Positions 10,465-18,932 of a DNA stretch of 64,000 nucleotides are shown here, piece after piece. Position 1 is the first letter of the stretch, and each line of letters begins with the position of its first letter. The position numbers and the translations under genes are program-made. The DNA is from an uncultured delta proteobacterium. GTDB taxonomy: Bacteria; Myxococcota_A; Polyangia; Polyangiales; Polyangiaceae. Under the pieces are notes generated by a model. The model saw only the letters and a program-made list of their open reading frames with translations, searched no databases and was not told where the DNA came from. The stretch spans positions 352,001 through 416,000 of the forward strand of contig CAVQUB010000015.1 of NCBI GenBank assembly GCA_963716725.1. Direction: 5' to 3'.

Positions 10465-10479
10465 GCGCCGGCGCCGCCC

Positions 10480-11091
10480 TCAAAACGCCCGGCTGAAGCG
10501 CAGTGCGATGGTGGGCAGCCAGCGCGGCATGACGTTGTCGATCTGCTCGTCCAAGAGTTTGCGATCGACGTCGGGGTCGTTCAGGATCGAATCCTCGGCG
10601 ATCCTGAGCGCGAGCAGCCGACGCACGCCGACGCCGACAGTGAAGTGATAGGTGGTGTGGAGGACCCACTTGTGGCCCGCCTCCATGAACACGTTGTGGG
10701 ACGCGACGCCGATGGCGTAGGTGTCGTTGTACAGGTAGCCGACCCCCAGATAGGGCCGGAAATCGCCGAAGTCCGGGAACAGGCGCAGCGTGCCCGTGTA
10801 GTGGCGCGCGGGATTCGCCTCGAGCCCCGCGCCCACATATAGCTCGAAGCCTGGCAGCGGCAGGTTGAGCACGCCAAGCAGCATCGCCAAGTTGCCTTCG
10901 GGGCCGGCGCCCGTCGCCACTTCCATCACGAAGCGCCGCCGGTTCTGATCCAGCACCTGGCCGAAGCGCTCGTGCGGACCGTAGATCTCCCGGCCACCCG
11001 GGGTGTGCAGGCCGAACTCCTTGGCGCGGGCCGATCCGGCGAGGGTGAGCGCACCGACCATCAGCGTGCTGGCCATCGACAGCCCCTTCAC
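10480..11091 (-). CDS. Secreted, probable small outer-membrane beta-barrel protein
   Basis: GTG overlaps upstream stop; signal peptide (LAGSARA); amphipathic strands (RPYLGVGY); terminal Phe. Confidence 0.55.
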   Translation of the reverse strand: MKGLSMASTLMVGALTLAGSARAKEFGLHTPGGREIYGPHERFGQVLDQNRRRFVMEVATGAGPEGNLAMLLGVLNLPLPGFELYVGAGLEANPARHYTGTLRLFPDFGDFRPYLGVGYLYNDTYAIGVASHNVFMEAGHKWVLHTTYHFTVGVGVRRLLALRIAEDSILNDPDVDRKLLDEQIDNVMPRWLPTIALRFSRAF

Positions 11092-11756
11092 TCGATCTTC
11101 CTCCCGAAGACCAGCGAGACGAAGCCTTCCCACGGGCGGTCGTCGCGTGCGTCGCGCAGATCGTCCATCGCCGCGGCGTTGTTGATGCCGTTGGGATCGA
11201 TCAGAAACGAATCGAGCAGGCGCCCGGCGACGGCCACCCGCGCGCCGGCGAAGAGCTGGATGCTCCAAGAGCCGCGGTCGTAGAGCGTCGCCCCGAGCTC
11301 GATGGGAGTGACTCCGACCAGCCAGTAGTGGCGAGCCAGGCGTGCGTCGAAGTGGGCTCCGACCCCGTAGCTGAGCTCCGTGCCCCAGAGATCCACGAGG
11401 AATGTGCGGAAGCCCAAGCCGGCAAAGCCACGGGTATTCACGCCTAGATCGCCCAGGAGCAGCCGCAGGTGGGGGTTGGCCCAGGCCGCGCGAAAGCCCA
11501 CGGACAGACCGAGGAAGGTCTGTTGGATGACGTCGTCGGTGTCCACGCGGTGGACGGCGTTTTCGAGCGTGACACCCACCACCCAATGCGACTTGGGCTC
11601 GACGTTCCACGTCTCGGGGAGCAACGGACCGCGCATGACGCCATCGTCCGGAGCCGACCGGTCCAGATCCTCGGCGCGGGCGACGCCGGACGCGAGGAGC
11701 GTGAGCGCCAGCGCAAAGTTGCACCCTCTCGGCCGCCAGCCGAGCGCGGGCATCAT
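11088..11756 (-). CDS. Secreted, probable beta-barrel-like protein
   Basis: ATGA overlap; signal peptide (SGVARA); alternating Gly/aromatic strands. Confidence 0.55.
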   Translation of the reverse strand: MMPALGWRPRGCNFALALTLLASGVARAEDLDRSAPDDGVMRGPLLPETWNVEPKSHWVVGVTLENAVHRVDTDDVIQQTFLGLSVGFRAAWANPHLRLLLGDLGVNTRGFAGLGFRTFLVDLWGTELSYGVGAHFDARLARHYWLVGVTPIELGATLYDRGSWSIQLFAGARVAVAGRLLDSFLIDPNGINNAAAMDDLRDARDDRPWEGFVSLVFGRKIE

Positions 11757-12124
11757 GGCGGCGCGGGCAACGCCGGCTTCGTCGCCGCCGGTTCGCGCTC
11801 GCAGAGCATCGTCATTCGAGCGATGGGAAAGCCCACCAGTAGCCAATAGTCGGTGTAGAAGTCGAGCTGCGCGTGGTGGATGACCTGGCAGCCGTGGCGA
11901 CGGCGCGCCCGCTCGAGTAGCACCGCGTAATGATCGGGATCGCTGACCTGAAACACTCCCAGAATCGAGAGCCCGCTGTCCTCTTCGGTGACGAAGGTCG
12001 CATCGGCGGAGGGCGGCGCGGTGCGAGGTGACCACAGCGCCTGGCGGCTGTGGTGGAGGGTGCAGCCCGAGAGCCCGAGGGCCAACGTCAGCGCGAGGGC
12101 CCAAGAGCTGCGGTCAACGTTCAT
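11753..12124 (-). CDS. Small lipoprotein (TRL-like)
   Basis: Lipobox LSGC; SGLSILGVF segment; translationally coupled to neighbours. Confidence 0.6.
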   Translation of the reverse strand: MNVDRSSWALALTLALGLSGCTLHHSRQALWSPRTAPPSADATFVTEEDSGLSILGVFQVSDPDHYAVLLERARRRHGCQVIHHAQLDFYTDYWLLVGFPIARMTMLCEREPAATKPALPAPP

Positions 12125-12983
12125 GAGCGACCCTCAGGGTATCAGGGATGAGCTCGGCGGGAGCCCAGGCGATGAGCGCGCGGCGCAGCCCGTCCCGCCC
12201 GTCTGTCGGCATGCGACGGACGAGCTCCGCGAGGATCGCGGCGGGAGTGTCCGGCACGGACGCATAGGGCTCCGGCGATGAGAGCGCGCGACGGAGCTGA
12301 CGGAGCAGGTCATCGCCGCGAGACTCGACGGCGTAGAGCGCGGCAGCCAGCCCATGCCCGAGCAGATGCGGATCGAAGCTCGCAGGCGCGAGGGCCAGCG
12401 CTGCCCAATGTGCGATCTCGATCGCTGGCTGGCGGTCGAGATCGCGCACTTCGCCTCGGCCGCCAGCGACTCGGGGCGAGCCCGTGACGATGGCGGCGTA
12501 ATAGTCCGCGAACGCCTCGTCGACGACCGCCAGCAGCCGGCGACCCACCCGTCCATCGGGGCGCGGTCCGGCTGCGCTCACGTGCCCGATTTCGTGAACC
12601 CAGACCGCTCGCGGCAGCGGGCCGGCCTGATGCGCGACGAGCAGCGCTCGGCTGCCGGAGTGAAACTCGACGAGCCGCGGCGCGTCTCGCTGCGCGACCA
12701 CATGCACGTCGAGCCTGGCCGGAGCCAATCTCGCGGGCAAGGCCGCCAGCGCCGCGTGGGCCTCGATGAAGGCGCGCTGCGCCGCAGCGCTCCCGTCACA
12801 GCGACCGACGGGGCCCGGCGCGACGGACTGCGGCTCGACGCGACTGCCGACCCGCACCTTCAACGCTCCGCGCTCGAGCGTGCCGTCTCCCAGCGCCTCA
12901 CAGCGCCCGAGATCGCTGCCGCGGGCGGCGCAGCCGAGTCCGATGAGGGCAATGCCCACGGCTAGTTGGGTGCGTCGGGACAT
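12114..12983 (-). CDS. Lipoprotein with zincin-type HExxH motif
   Basis: Lipobox GLGC; VWVHEIGH followed by DEAFADY (gluzincin-like third ligand). Confidence 0.6.
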   Translation of the reverse strand: MSRRTQLAVGIALIGLGCAARGSDLGRCEALGDGTLERGALKVRVGSRVEPQSVAPGPVGRCDGSAAAQRAFIEAHAALAALPARLAPARLDVHVVAQRDAPRLVEFHSGSRALLVAHQAGPLPRAVWVHEIGHVSAAGPRPDGRVGRRLLAVVDEAFADYYAAIVTGSPRVAGGRGEVRDLDRQPAIEIAHWAALALAPASFDPHLLGHGLAAALYAVESRGDDLLRQLRRALSSPEPYASVPDTPAAILAELVRRMPTDGRDGLRRALIAWAPAELIPDTLRVAHER

Positions 12984-13909
12984 AGGGACAGGTGCTCCGT
13001 GATGTGGGCGTCGATCTCCTGATCGACCAGCGCGTCGGGGTCGGCGACATTGGCCGCGCCTTTCAATATGCGACGCACGGCGGCCAGATAATCCTTGGTC
13101 GCGAGGCGCGCGCGCTGGGCGTGGTCGTTGAGGCAGCTCTCGACGTGTCCGGGTGAAGTGGGGTCGTTGCAGTCGCGACCCTCCCGGTAGATGGAGTCTT
13201 CGGTGGTGGTGTGGCCGATGCTGTCATCGGTGAGCCTATTGCCGTCGTCGTCGGTGGAGCCTCCGTGGAAGAGCACGGGAGTGCCGTCGGCGTAGGTCTC
13301 GTGGCCGGCGCGGCGGGGAGTGAACGACTTGACGCGGACGATGCACCACGGTCGCTCGGCGTGCTCGCGATCTCGAAAGGTGTGCGCCTCGGAGAACGAG
13401 TCCTGCAGGATGTGGTTCGCCTTGCCTAGAAACGCCAGGGCGCGGGCGCGATTCGTGATCCAGTTGCGGGCGGCGGCTTTGGTGAATTCACGGATCGCGG
13501 CCTGGGAGTCCGCGGCCGCCTCGAGGCTGCCGTTGGCGTCGGTGAGCAGGAAGTGCAGCCGTTGGACGTCGTTGCGATCGGTGTACTCGGTGACGGCGCT
13601 GATATAGGCAAATAGGCTGACGTTCAGGTGCACGAGCAGCTCCTTCGGCCAGTCGACGCGGCGGTTGCCTTCGGCGATGGCGTGGATCTCGCTTGGAGAG
13701 AAGCGGTCGTCGGCGGGCAGATCTGCGTTGCCGAAGACCGTCAGCCACTCGTGCCCCTGAAAGAACGACGAGCGCGTCATGATGCAGTCGCCCTTGGAGA
13801 AGAAGCTCAGGTCGGACTCCTGCGGCGAACAAATGTCGAGGGGGTTCGAGCAGGTGGCGGTCAGCACCGCTACCGTCATGGCCATGGCCTGCGCGCTGCG
13901 ACGAAGCAC
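12962..13909 (-). CDS. Secreted putative Zn-dependent hydrolase (phospholipase C/HET-C-like motifs)
   Basis: N-terminal hydrophobic segment plus Cys; GHEWLT, NRRVD, LHFL and GKANHILQDSFSEAH motifs. Confidence 0.5.
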   Translation of the reverse strand: MLRRSAQAMAMTVAVLTATCSNPLDICSPQESDLSFFSKGDCIMTRSSFFQGHEWLTVFGNADLPADDRFSPSEIHAIAEGNRRVDWPKELLVHLNVSLFAYISAVTEYTDRNDVQRLHFLLTDANGSLEAAADSQAAIREFTKAAARNWITNRARALAFLGKANHILQDSFSEAHTFRDREHAERPWCIVRVKSFTPRRAGHETYADGTPVLFHGGSTDDDGNRLTDDSIGHTTTEDSIYREGRDCNDPTSPGHVESCLNDHAQRARLATKDYLAAVRRILKGAANVADPDALVDQEIDAHITEHLSLCPDAPN

Positions 13910-13924
13910 GCGCCGAGGCTACCA

Positions 13925-14276
13925 CGCGCGGCAGCCCGATCGCACGCGGCTCACTTCTCTTTGGGCGTGTCCGACCGCGATCCCCACTCGGCCCAAGAGC
14001 CGTAGCAGAGGCGCACATCGGGGCAGCCGAGCCATCGCCGCGCGAAATAGGTGCCCGACGCGCGAGTGCCGCTTTGGCAGTGAGCGACCGCGGTCGCGGT
14101 CTTGGGCACGTTGGCGTAGAGCGCAGCGACCTTGCTCATGGGTTTCAGTACACCGCCGCTGACGTTGGTGTTCCAGTCCACGTGCTTGGCGCCCGGGATG
14201 TGACCGGCGGCGAACTCGGAGGCCATGCGCGCGTCGATCAGCACCAGCTTCGGATCGGAGAGCTTGGGCAAGATCC
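13925..14276 (-). pseudogene. Duplicated 3' fragment of the sulfurtransferase gene (direct repeat of 16876-17227)
   Basis: 352-bp gapless match with about 24 substitutions by manual count; lacks the 5' part; LYDGSW changed to LCYGSW. Confidence 0.88.
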
Positions 14277-14374
14277 CCCCGCCGCGGCCAAGCTCCACCC
14301 CGCCCAGGTCGACAGCCGCGATACCGCCTCCTTTTGGCCTGGCCTTTGCCGAGAACGAATGGGAGAGTCTCCCC

Positions 14375-14665
14375 ATGGGGCGGAGCCCACCGGCAGGCTT
14401 GCGGTCGAATGTTTTGGCCCTCGCCGGGCGTCGCGTGGTCGTGTTGAGCCATCCCGTCGTGGGGGAAGCTGCCGAACATTGGACCGGCCGGCTCACTGCG
14501 GGCGAAGTCGCCGTCGCGCGCGCTCTCGAGCAGGGGCTCTCCTACGCCCGGATCGCCGAGCTCCGTGGAACCTCCCTCGGAACGGTGAAGAAGCAAGTCT
14601 CTTCGTTGTACCGGCGATTGGGCGTGCGGTCTCGAACCGAGCTCGTCGTGCGCCTGCACACATGA
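14375..14665 (+). CDS. Small LuxR-type HTH regulator
   Basis: LTAGEVAVA...GLSYARIAELRGTSLGTVKKQVSSLYRRLGVRSR. Confidence 0.8.
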   Translation: MGRSPPAGLRSNVLALAGRRVVVLSHPVVGEAAEHWTGRLTAGEVAVARALEQGLSYARIAELRGTSLGTVKKQVSSLYRRLGVRSRTELVVRLHT

Positions 14666-15747
14666 GCCGACTCTCGGAGGTCCACGCTCGGGACGTCCTC
14701 GCGCTGCTGGACGCGGCCTATGATCTCTACGCCGAGGACGAGGCCTGGCTCCAAAGCGTGACGTCCGCCGCTGGACGTGTGCTCGACGATCGGCTGGGAC
14801 TCCAAGCGTTTCGCTTCGACCTCGCGGCGGGCGAGTCACGGTTAGGGTCTCCGTGTCTCGCGGGAGGTACTGACGAGTGGAGGGAGCAATGGATCGACAA
14901 CTGGTGGCGCCCCGTCATGCTCGCGATGGATGCGGCGTCTGTCGAAGCGCTCGTCCGCTTCGGACCGACGTCGGTGACGAGCGTGCTGTGGCCCGCGGTT
15001 CAGGCTTCGATCCCCAGTTTCAACGAGTTCGTCGAGGCCTTGGGACAGGGCGGCTGGGACGCCCTGGTACCGGCGGAGCAGCCGACGACGGCTGATCGGC
15101 TCTACTACCCGGACTCGTGGAACGTCGTCGGCCTCGACGTCGATGGTCACGGAGTGGCGCTGGTGGCAAATCGCGCCGCGCGTATCGATCGCGTGGACCC
15201 AGAGGAGGTGGGCCTTTCGGAACGGGTCGCCGCCCATCTCGCCGCGGCTCTGCGCTTGCGCCTGCGGCTGGGGAGAACGTCGGCCATGGCTCATGCCGCT
15301 GCGATTCTGGAGCCGACCGGACGCCTGGTTCACGCCGAAGGAGACGCTCGCGACGACGAAGTCCGCTCGTCGCTCCGCGAAGCGGTGTCTGCCATCGATC
15401 GTCTCCGTGCGTCGGAGGGGGATCATCGTTCGGCGGACGCGCTACGGCACTGGCGTGCGCTCCACTCGGGCCGCTATTCGCTGGTCGACGAGTTCGAGAG
15501 CGACGGACGGCGGTTCGTCGTCGCGCTGCCCAACGAGCCTGTGCCGCCGTCCCTGCGTGCGCTATCGGCCAGAGAGCAGCAGGTCGTTGCACTGGTGGCG
15601 ACGGGTGCCGCAAACAAGGTCATCGCGTACGAGCTCGACATCGCGACGTCCACGGTCTCCGAGTTGCTGCGCCGCGCGATGGCGAAGCTCGGAGTGGACT
15701 CGCGCGCCGCCCTCGTCCGGCGCGTGCTCAGCCAAGGTGAAGGCTGA
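14662..15747 (+). CDS. LuxR C-terminal HTH regulator with large N-terminal sensor region
   Basis: ATGA overlap; LSAREQQVVALVATGAANKVIAYELDIATSTVSELLRRAMAKLGV. Confidence 0.82.
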   Translation: MSRLSEVHARDVLALLDAAYDLYAEDEAWLQSVTSAAGRVLDDRLGLQAFRFDLAAGESRLGSPCLAGGTDEWREQWIDNWWRPVMLAMDAASVEALVRFGPTSVTSVLWPAVQASIPSFNEFVEALGQGGWDALVPAEQPTTADRLYYPDSWNVVGLDVDGHGVALVANRAARIDRVDPEEVGLSERVAAHLAAALRLRLRLGRTSAMAHAAAILEPTGRLVHAEGDARDDEVRSSLREAVSAIDRLRASEGDHRSADALRHWRALHSGRYSLVDEFESDGRRFVVALPNEPVPPSLRALSAREQQVVALVATGAANKVIAYELDIATSTVSELLRRAMAKLGVDSRAALVRRVLSQGEG

Positions 15748-15964
15748 CGGCGCGTGGATCCGGCGGGCCGACGTAGGCAAACGGCCCATGGCGCGCTCCA
15801 TTCTGTTGCCACATCGTGGTCCGAGCTACGCCAAGTCGTGATCGGTGATGCGTGTTCGTAGCTAGAAAAAGCAGGGACAGGGTGAACGGGACGAGGAACG
15901 TGGGCAGGGGGCGCGCCGTGGTCGATTCCGGAGCCGAGGGACGCGAGCGCGGCTGGTTGACGCT

Positions 15965-16804
15965 GTGAGAACGATCGCAGGTTGGAGTTACGCACTTTGG
16001 CTGCTCGCGCTGTCGGCGTGCGGGTCGGATTCGAGCGACGGTTCCGGCACCGGGGGGACGTCGGCGGACGCCGGCCTGGGAGGCGGGGCGGCGGGCGGGA
16101 TAGGCGGAGCGGGCGGAGCCGGCGGAGCCGGTGGCTCGAGCGGCGCAGCGGGAGCTGGAGGAACGGTTTGTGAGCTGGGAGTCCCCGGCGGAGCTTGTGA
16201 CCCGCTCGCCCAGGACTGCTCGGACCCCTGCAGCAGTCGCTGCGTCCTCTACCGGGGCCCCGGCGCGGCGGGCCTAACCGAGCCGCTCTGCATCGCTCCG
16301 CGCGGACAGCGAGCGCCCTTCGAGTCGTGCCAGCGCTACGGCGGTGCCGTTGGCGATGACGACTGCGCCAAGGGGCTCTTCTGTTCGTACGGAGTAGGCC
16401 GCAAGTCGGGCGTCGTTCCCGAGGAGTTCTGCGCGCCCTACTGCCTGGCCGACGGCGACTGCACGGACGGCTTCTGTGCAGCGCTCACCAAGGTTTCGGT
16501 CACGCCACCCGCCGGCTACTGCGTCGCCACGTGCACCCCTTACGCGAACGGCTGCGAGGGAAACTACGACTGCCTGAAGTTCGGAGGGACAGACGGAAAG
16601 TTCAGGCTGACCTGCTCCGATCAATTCGGGTCCAAGCAGGCGGGCGTCGCCTGTCAGGGTGGCGACTGCGTGCCAGGCCTCAGCTGCGAACAGGTCAACG
16701 GGTTGGTTTGCACACCGTTCTGCGACGCGACCCATGCCTGCCCCAACGCTGAACCGTGCGTACCGGCGCCCGGCGGTGAGGGCTACTCCGTATGCGATCT
16801 GTGA
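15965..16804 (+). CDS. Gly-linker Cys-rich lipoprotein
   Basis: Lipobox LSAC, poly-Gly linker, CDPLAQDC and CAKGLFC motifs. Confidence 0.75.
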   Translation: MRTIAGWSYALWLLALSACGSDSSDGSGTGGTSADAGLGGGAAGGIGGAGGAGGAGGSSGAAGAGGTVCELGVPGGACDPLAQDCSDPCSSRCVLYRGPGAAGLTEPLCIAPRGQRAPFESCQRYGGAVGDDDCAKGLFCSYGVGRKSGVVPEEFCAPYCLADGDCTDGFCAALTKVSVTPPAGYCVATCTPYANGCEGNYDCLKFGGTDGKFRLTCSDQFGSKQAGVACQGGDCVPGLSCEQVNGLVCTPFCDATHACPNAEPCVPAPGGEGYSVCDL

Positions 16805-16901
16805 GGACCGTCGGAGGTCCTCCGAGCCCGCGGGCGGAGTCTGCGCCCCCGAGTCCCTTGCGCTCTCCGAGTCTGCGCGCGGCAGCCCGATCGCACGCGG
16901 C

Positions 16902-17912
16902 TCACTTCTCTTTGGGCGTGTCCGACCGCGATCCCCACTCGGCCCAAGAGCCGTCGTAGAGGCGCACATCGGGGTAGCCGAGCCATCGCAGCGCGAAATA
17001 GGTGACCGAAGCGCGAGTGCCGGTTTGACAGTACGCAACGACGGTCGCGGTCTTGGGCACGCTGGCGTAAAGCGCGGCGACCTCGCTCGAGGGTTTCAGC
17101 GCACCGCCGCTGACGTTGGTGTTCCAGTCCACGTGCTTGGCACCCGGGATGTGACCGGCGGCGAACTCGGAGGCCATGCGCGCGTCGATCAGCACCAGCT
17201 TCGGATCGGAGAGCTTCGACAAGATCCAATCGGCGTCCACCCGGCGCTCGTCGGCGTTCGCGCTCACGGTGTAGCTCGAGGGCGTTGCGCTCGGGGCGCC
17301 GGTCTCCACCGCGCCGCTGCTCGCGGTCCACGCGGCCCAGCCGCCATCGAGCAGGCGCACCTCGCCCTGTTTGGCCCACTCCAGGGTCCAAAACCCTCGC
17401 GCCGGAGTGGTGTCGGTCTGCGCTCCCATCACGACCACGCTCTTCGTGGGGTCGAGGCCCGCGGCGCCGAGCGCGGTGGACAGCTGCGTGTTGCTCGCCA
17501 CCTGGCTGATGACGCCTGCGACCGTGGCGCGCAGCTCGTCGATGCCGACGTGCAGCGCCCCGGGCACGTGTCCGGCCTGGTAGTCATTGACCGCGCGCAG
17601 ATCGAGCACCTGGACGCTGCCCTTGCCCAGCTCTGCGCCGAGCCAGGCCGCATCGACGCGCAGGTCTGCTGCAGCGAGCCCGGCGGTGCCTCCGGTCGCG
17701 GTGCCCGCGCTTCCCCCGCTGGCGCTGCCTGCGCTTCCCCCGGTCCCGCCGCCCGCACTGCCCGCGGCGCCGCCGCTGCCCGACGAGCCCGCGGCGCCGC
17801 CGCTGCCGCACACTGCGCTGGCGGCGGTGCAGGTCTTCGGCTCGTCCTCCGAGCTCGAGCTACAGGCAACCAGCACAGCGATGCACGAGAAGAGGGACAG
17901 TCGCAATGCCAT
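16902..17912 (-). CDS. Tandem-rhodanese sulfurtransferase, lipoprotein
   Basis: Lipobox LVAC; two GHV/IPGA rhodanese domains; active-site YCQTGTRAS; LYDGSWAEW. Confidence 0.88.
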   Translation of the reverse strand: MALRLSLFSCIAVLVACSSSSEDEPKTCTAASAVCGSGGAAGSSGSGGAAGSAGGGTGGSAGSASGGSAGTATGGTAGLAAADLRVDAAWLGAELGKGSVQVLDLRAVNDYQAGHVPGALHVGIDELRATVAGVISQVASNTQLSTALGAAGLDPTKSVVVMGAQTDTTPARGFWTLEWAKQGEVRLLDGGWAAWTASSGAVETGAPSATPSSYTVSANADERRVDADWILSKLSDPKLVLIDARMASEFAAGHIPGAKHVDWNTNVSGGALKPSSEVAALYASVPKTATVVAYCQTGTRASVTYFALRWLGYPDVRLYDGSWAEWGSRSDTPKEK

Positions 17913-17980
17913 TGGCGTTGCATAGCGCCCGATGCGACGCAGGGCAATCGCGCCCCGGACAGCGTGCAGAAGATCGCGCC

Positions 17981-18916
17981 ATGCTAGAGTCCCGGCCTGG
18001 AGCCAGCGCGGTGCAGCGAGCACATTTCCTGCCCGAGGACCGGGACGTCGACGTCGAGGCCGGCGAGTCGCTGCTCGACGCGGCGCTGCGCGGCGGCATC
18101 GCGCACACGCACGTCTGCGGTGGCGCAGCACGCTGCTCGACCTGCCGAGTGAGGATCGTGAGCGGGGCCGAGGCCTGCGCGACGCGAACCCAAGCTGAGG
18201 AGCGGATGGCCAGCCGGCTCGGGTTCGGCCCGGAGATCCGCCTCGCTTGTCAGACCCAGCTCACTGGCGACGTGACGGTGCGTCGTCTCGTGCTCGATCC
18301 GGAGGATGCCGAGATCGTCGACCAGGGGCGTGTCGGCGCGAAGCCGCGGTCGGTGGGTGAAGAGCGGCGCGTCGCGATCCTGTTCGCCGACATCCGAGGC
18401 TTCACGGCCTTCGCCGAGGCGCTGCCCGCTTACGACGTGATCCACACCTTGGGGCGCTACTTCTACCGAATGGACGCGGTGATCCGGCGCCACGGCGGCT
18501 ACGTCGACAACTACATGGGTGACGGCCTGATGGCGCTCTTCGGGACCGACGACGTTCCGGATGCGGCCGGGCGGGCCGTTGCCGCGGGGCTCGAGATGTT
18601 GGCTGCGGTGGACGAGCTGGCGCCGTACTTTCACGCCGCCTATGGCAAGCGTTTTCGCATCGGAGTCGGCATTCACTTCGGCGACGTCGTGATGGGTCCC
18701 ATCGGTCCGCCGGACTACGACAAGATCACCGCCATCGGTGACGCCGTGAACCTGGCCAGCCGGATTGAGGCGGCGAACAAACACCTCGAGACCGAGTTGC
18801 TCGTCTCGGCGGAGACCCGCGCGCTGCTCGGCGACCGCTTTCGCTTCGAGGCCAAAGAGGGCGTCACGCTGCCGGGCAAGGCCGGCGTGCACACGCTCTT
18901 CGAAGTCTGCCGGTAG
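17981..18916 (+). CDS. Class III adenylate/guanylate cyclase with N-terminal 2Fe-2S ferredoxin
   Basis: CGGAARCSTC...RLACQ; LFADIRGFT, YMGDGLMALF, IGDAVNLASRIE. Confidence 0.9.
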   Translation: MLESRPGASAVQRAHFLPEDRDVDVEAGESLLDAALRGGIAHTHVCGGAARCSTCRVRIVSGAEACATRTQAEERMASRLGFGPEIRLACQTQLTGDVTVRRLVLDPEDAEIVDQGRVGAKPRSVGEERRVAILFADIRGFTAFAEALPAYDVIHTLGRYFYRMDAVIRRHGGYVDNYMGDGLMALFGTDDVPDAAGRAVAAGLEMLAAVDELAPYFHAAYGKRFRIGVGIHFGDVVMGPIGPPDYDKITAIGDAVNLASRIEAANKHLETELLVSAETRALLGDRFRFEAKEGVTLPGKAGVHTLFEVCR

Positions 18917-18932
18917 CGGCGGCGGAGCCGGA

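Noticed and set aside
13925..17227. Diversity-generating retroelement TR/VR pair
   Set aside because: Mismatches involve all four bases rather than adenines only, and there is no reverse transcriptase in the window
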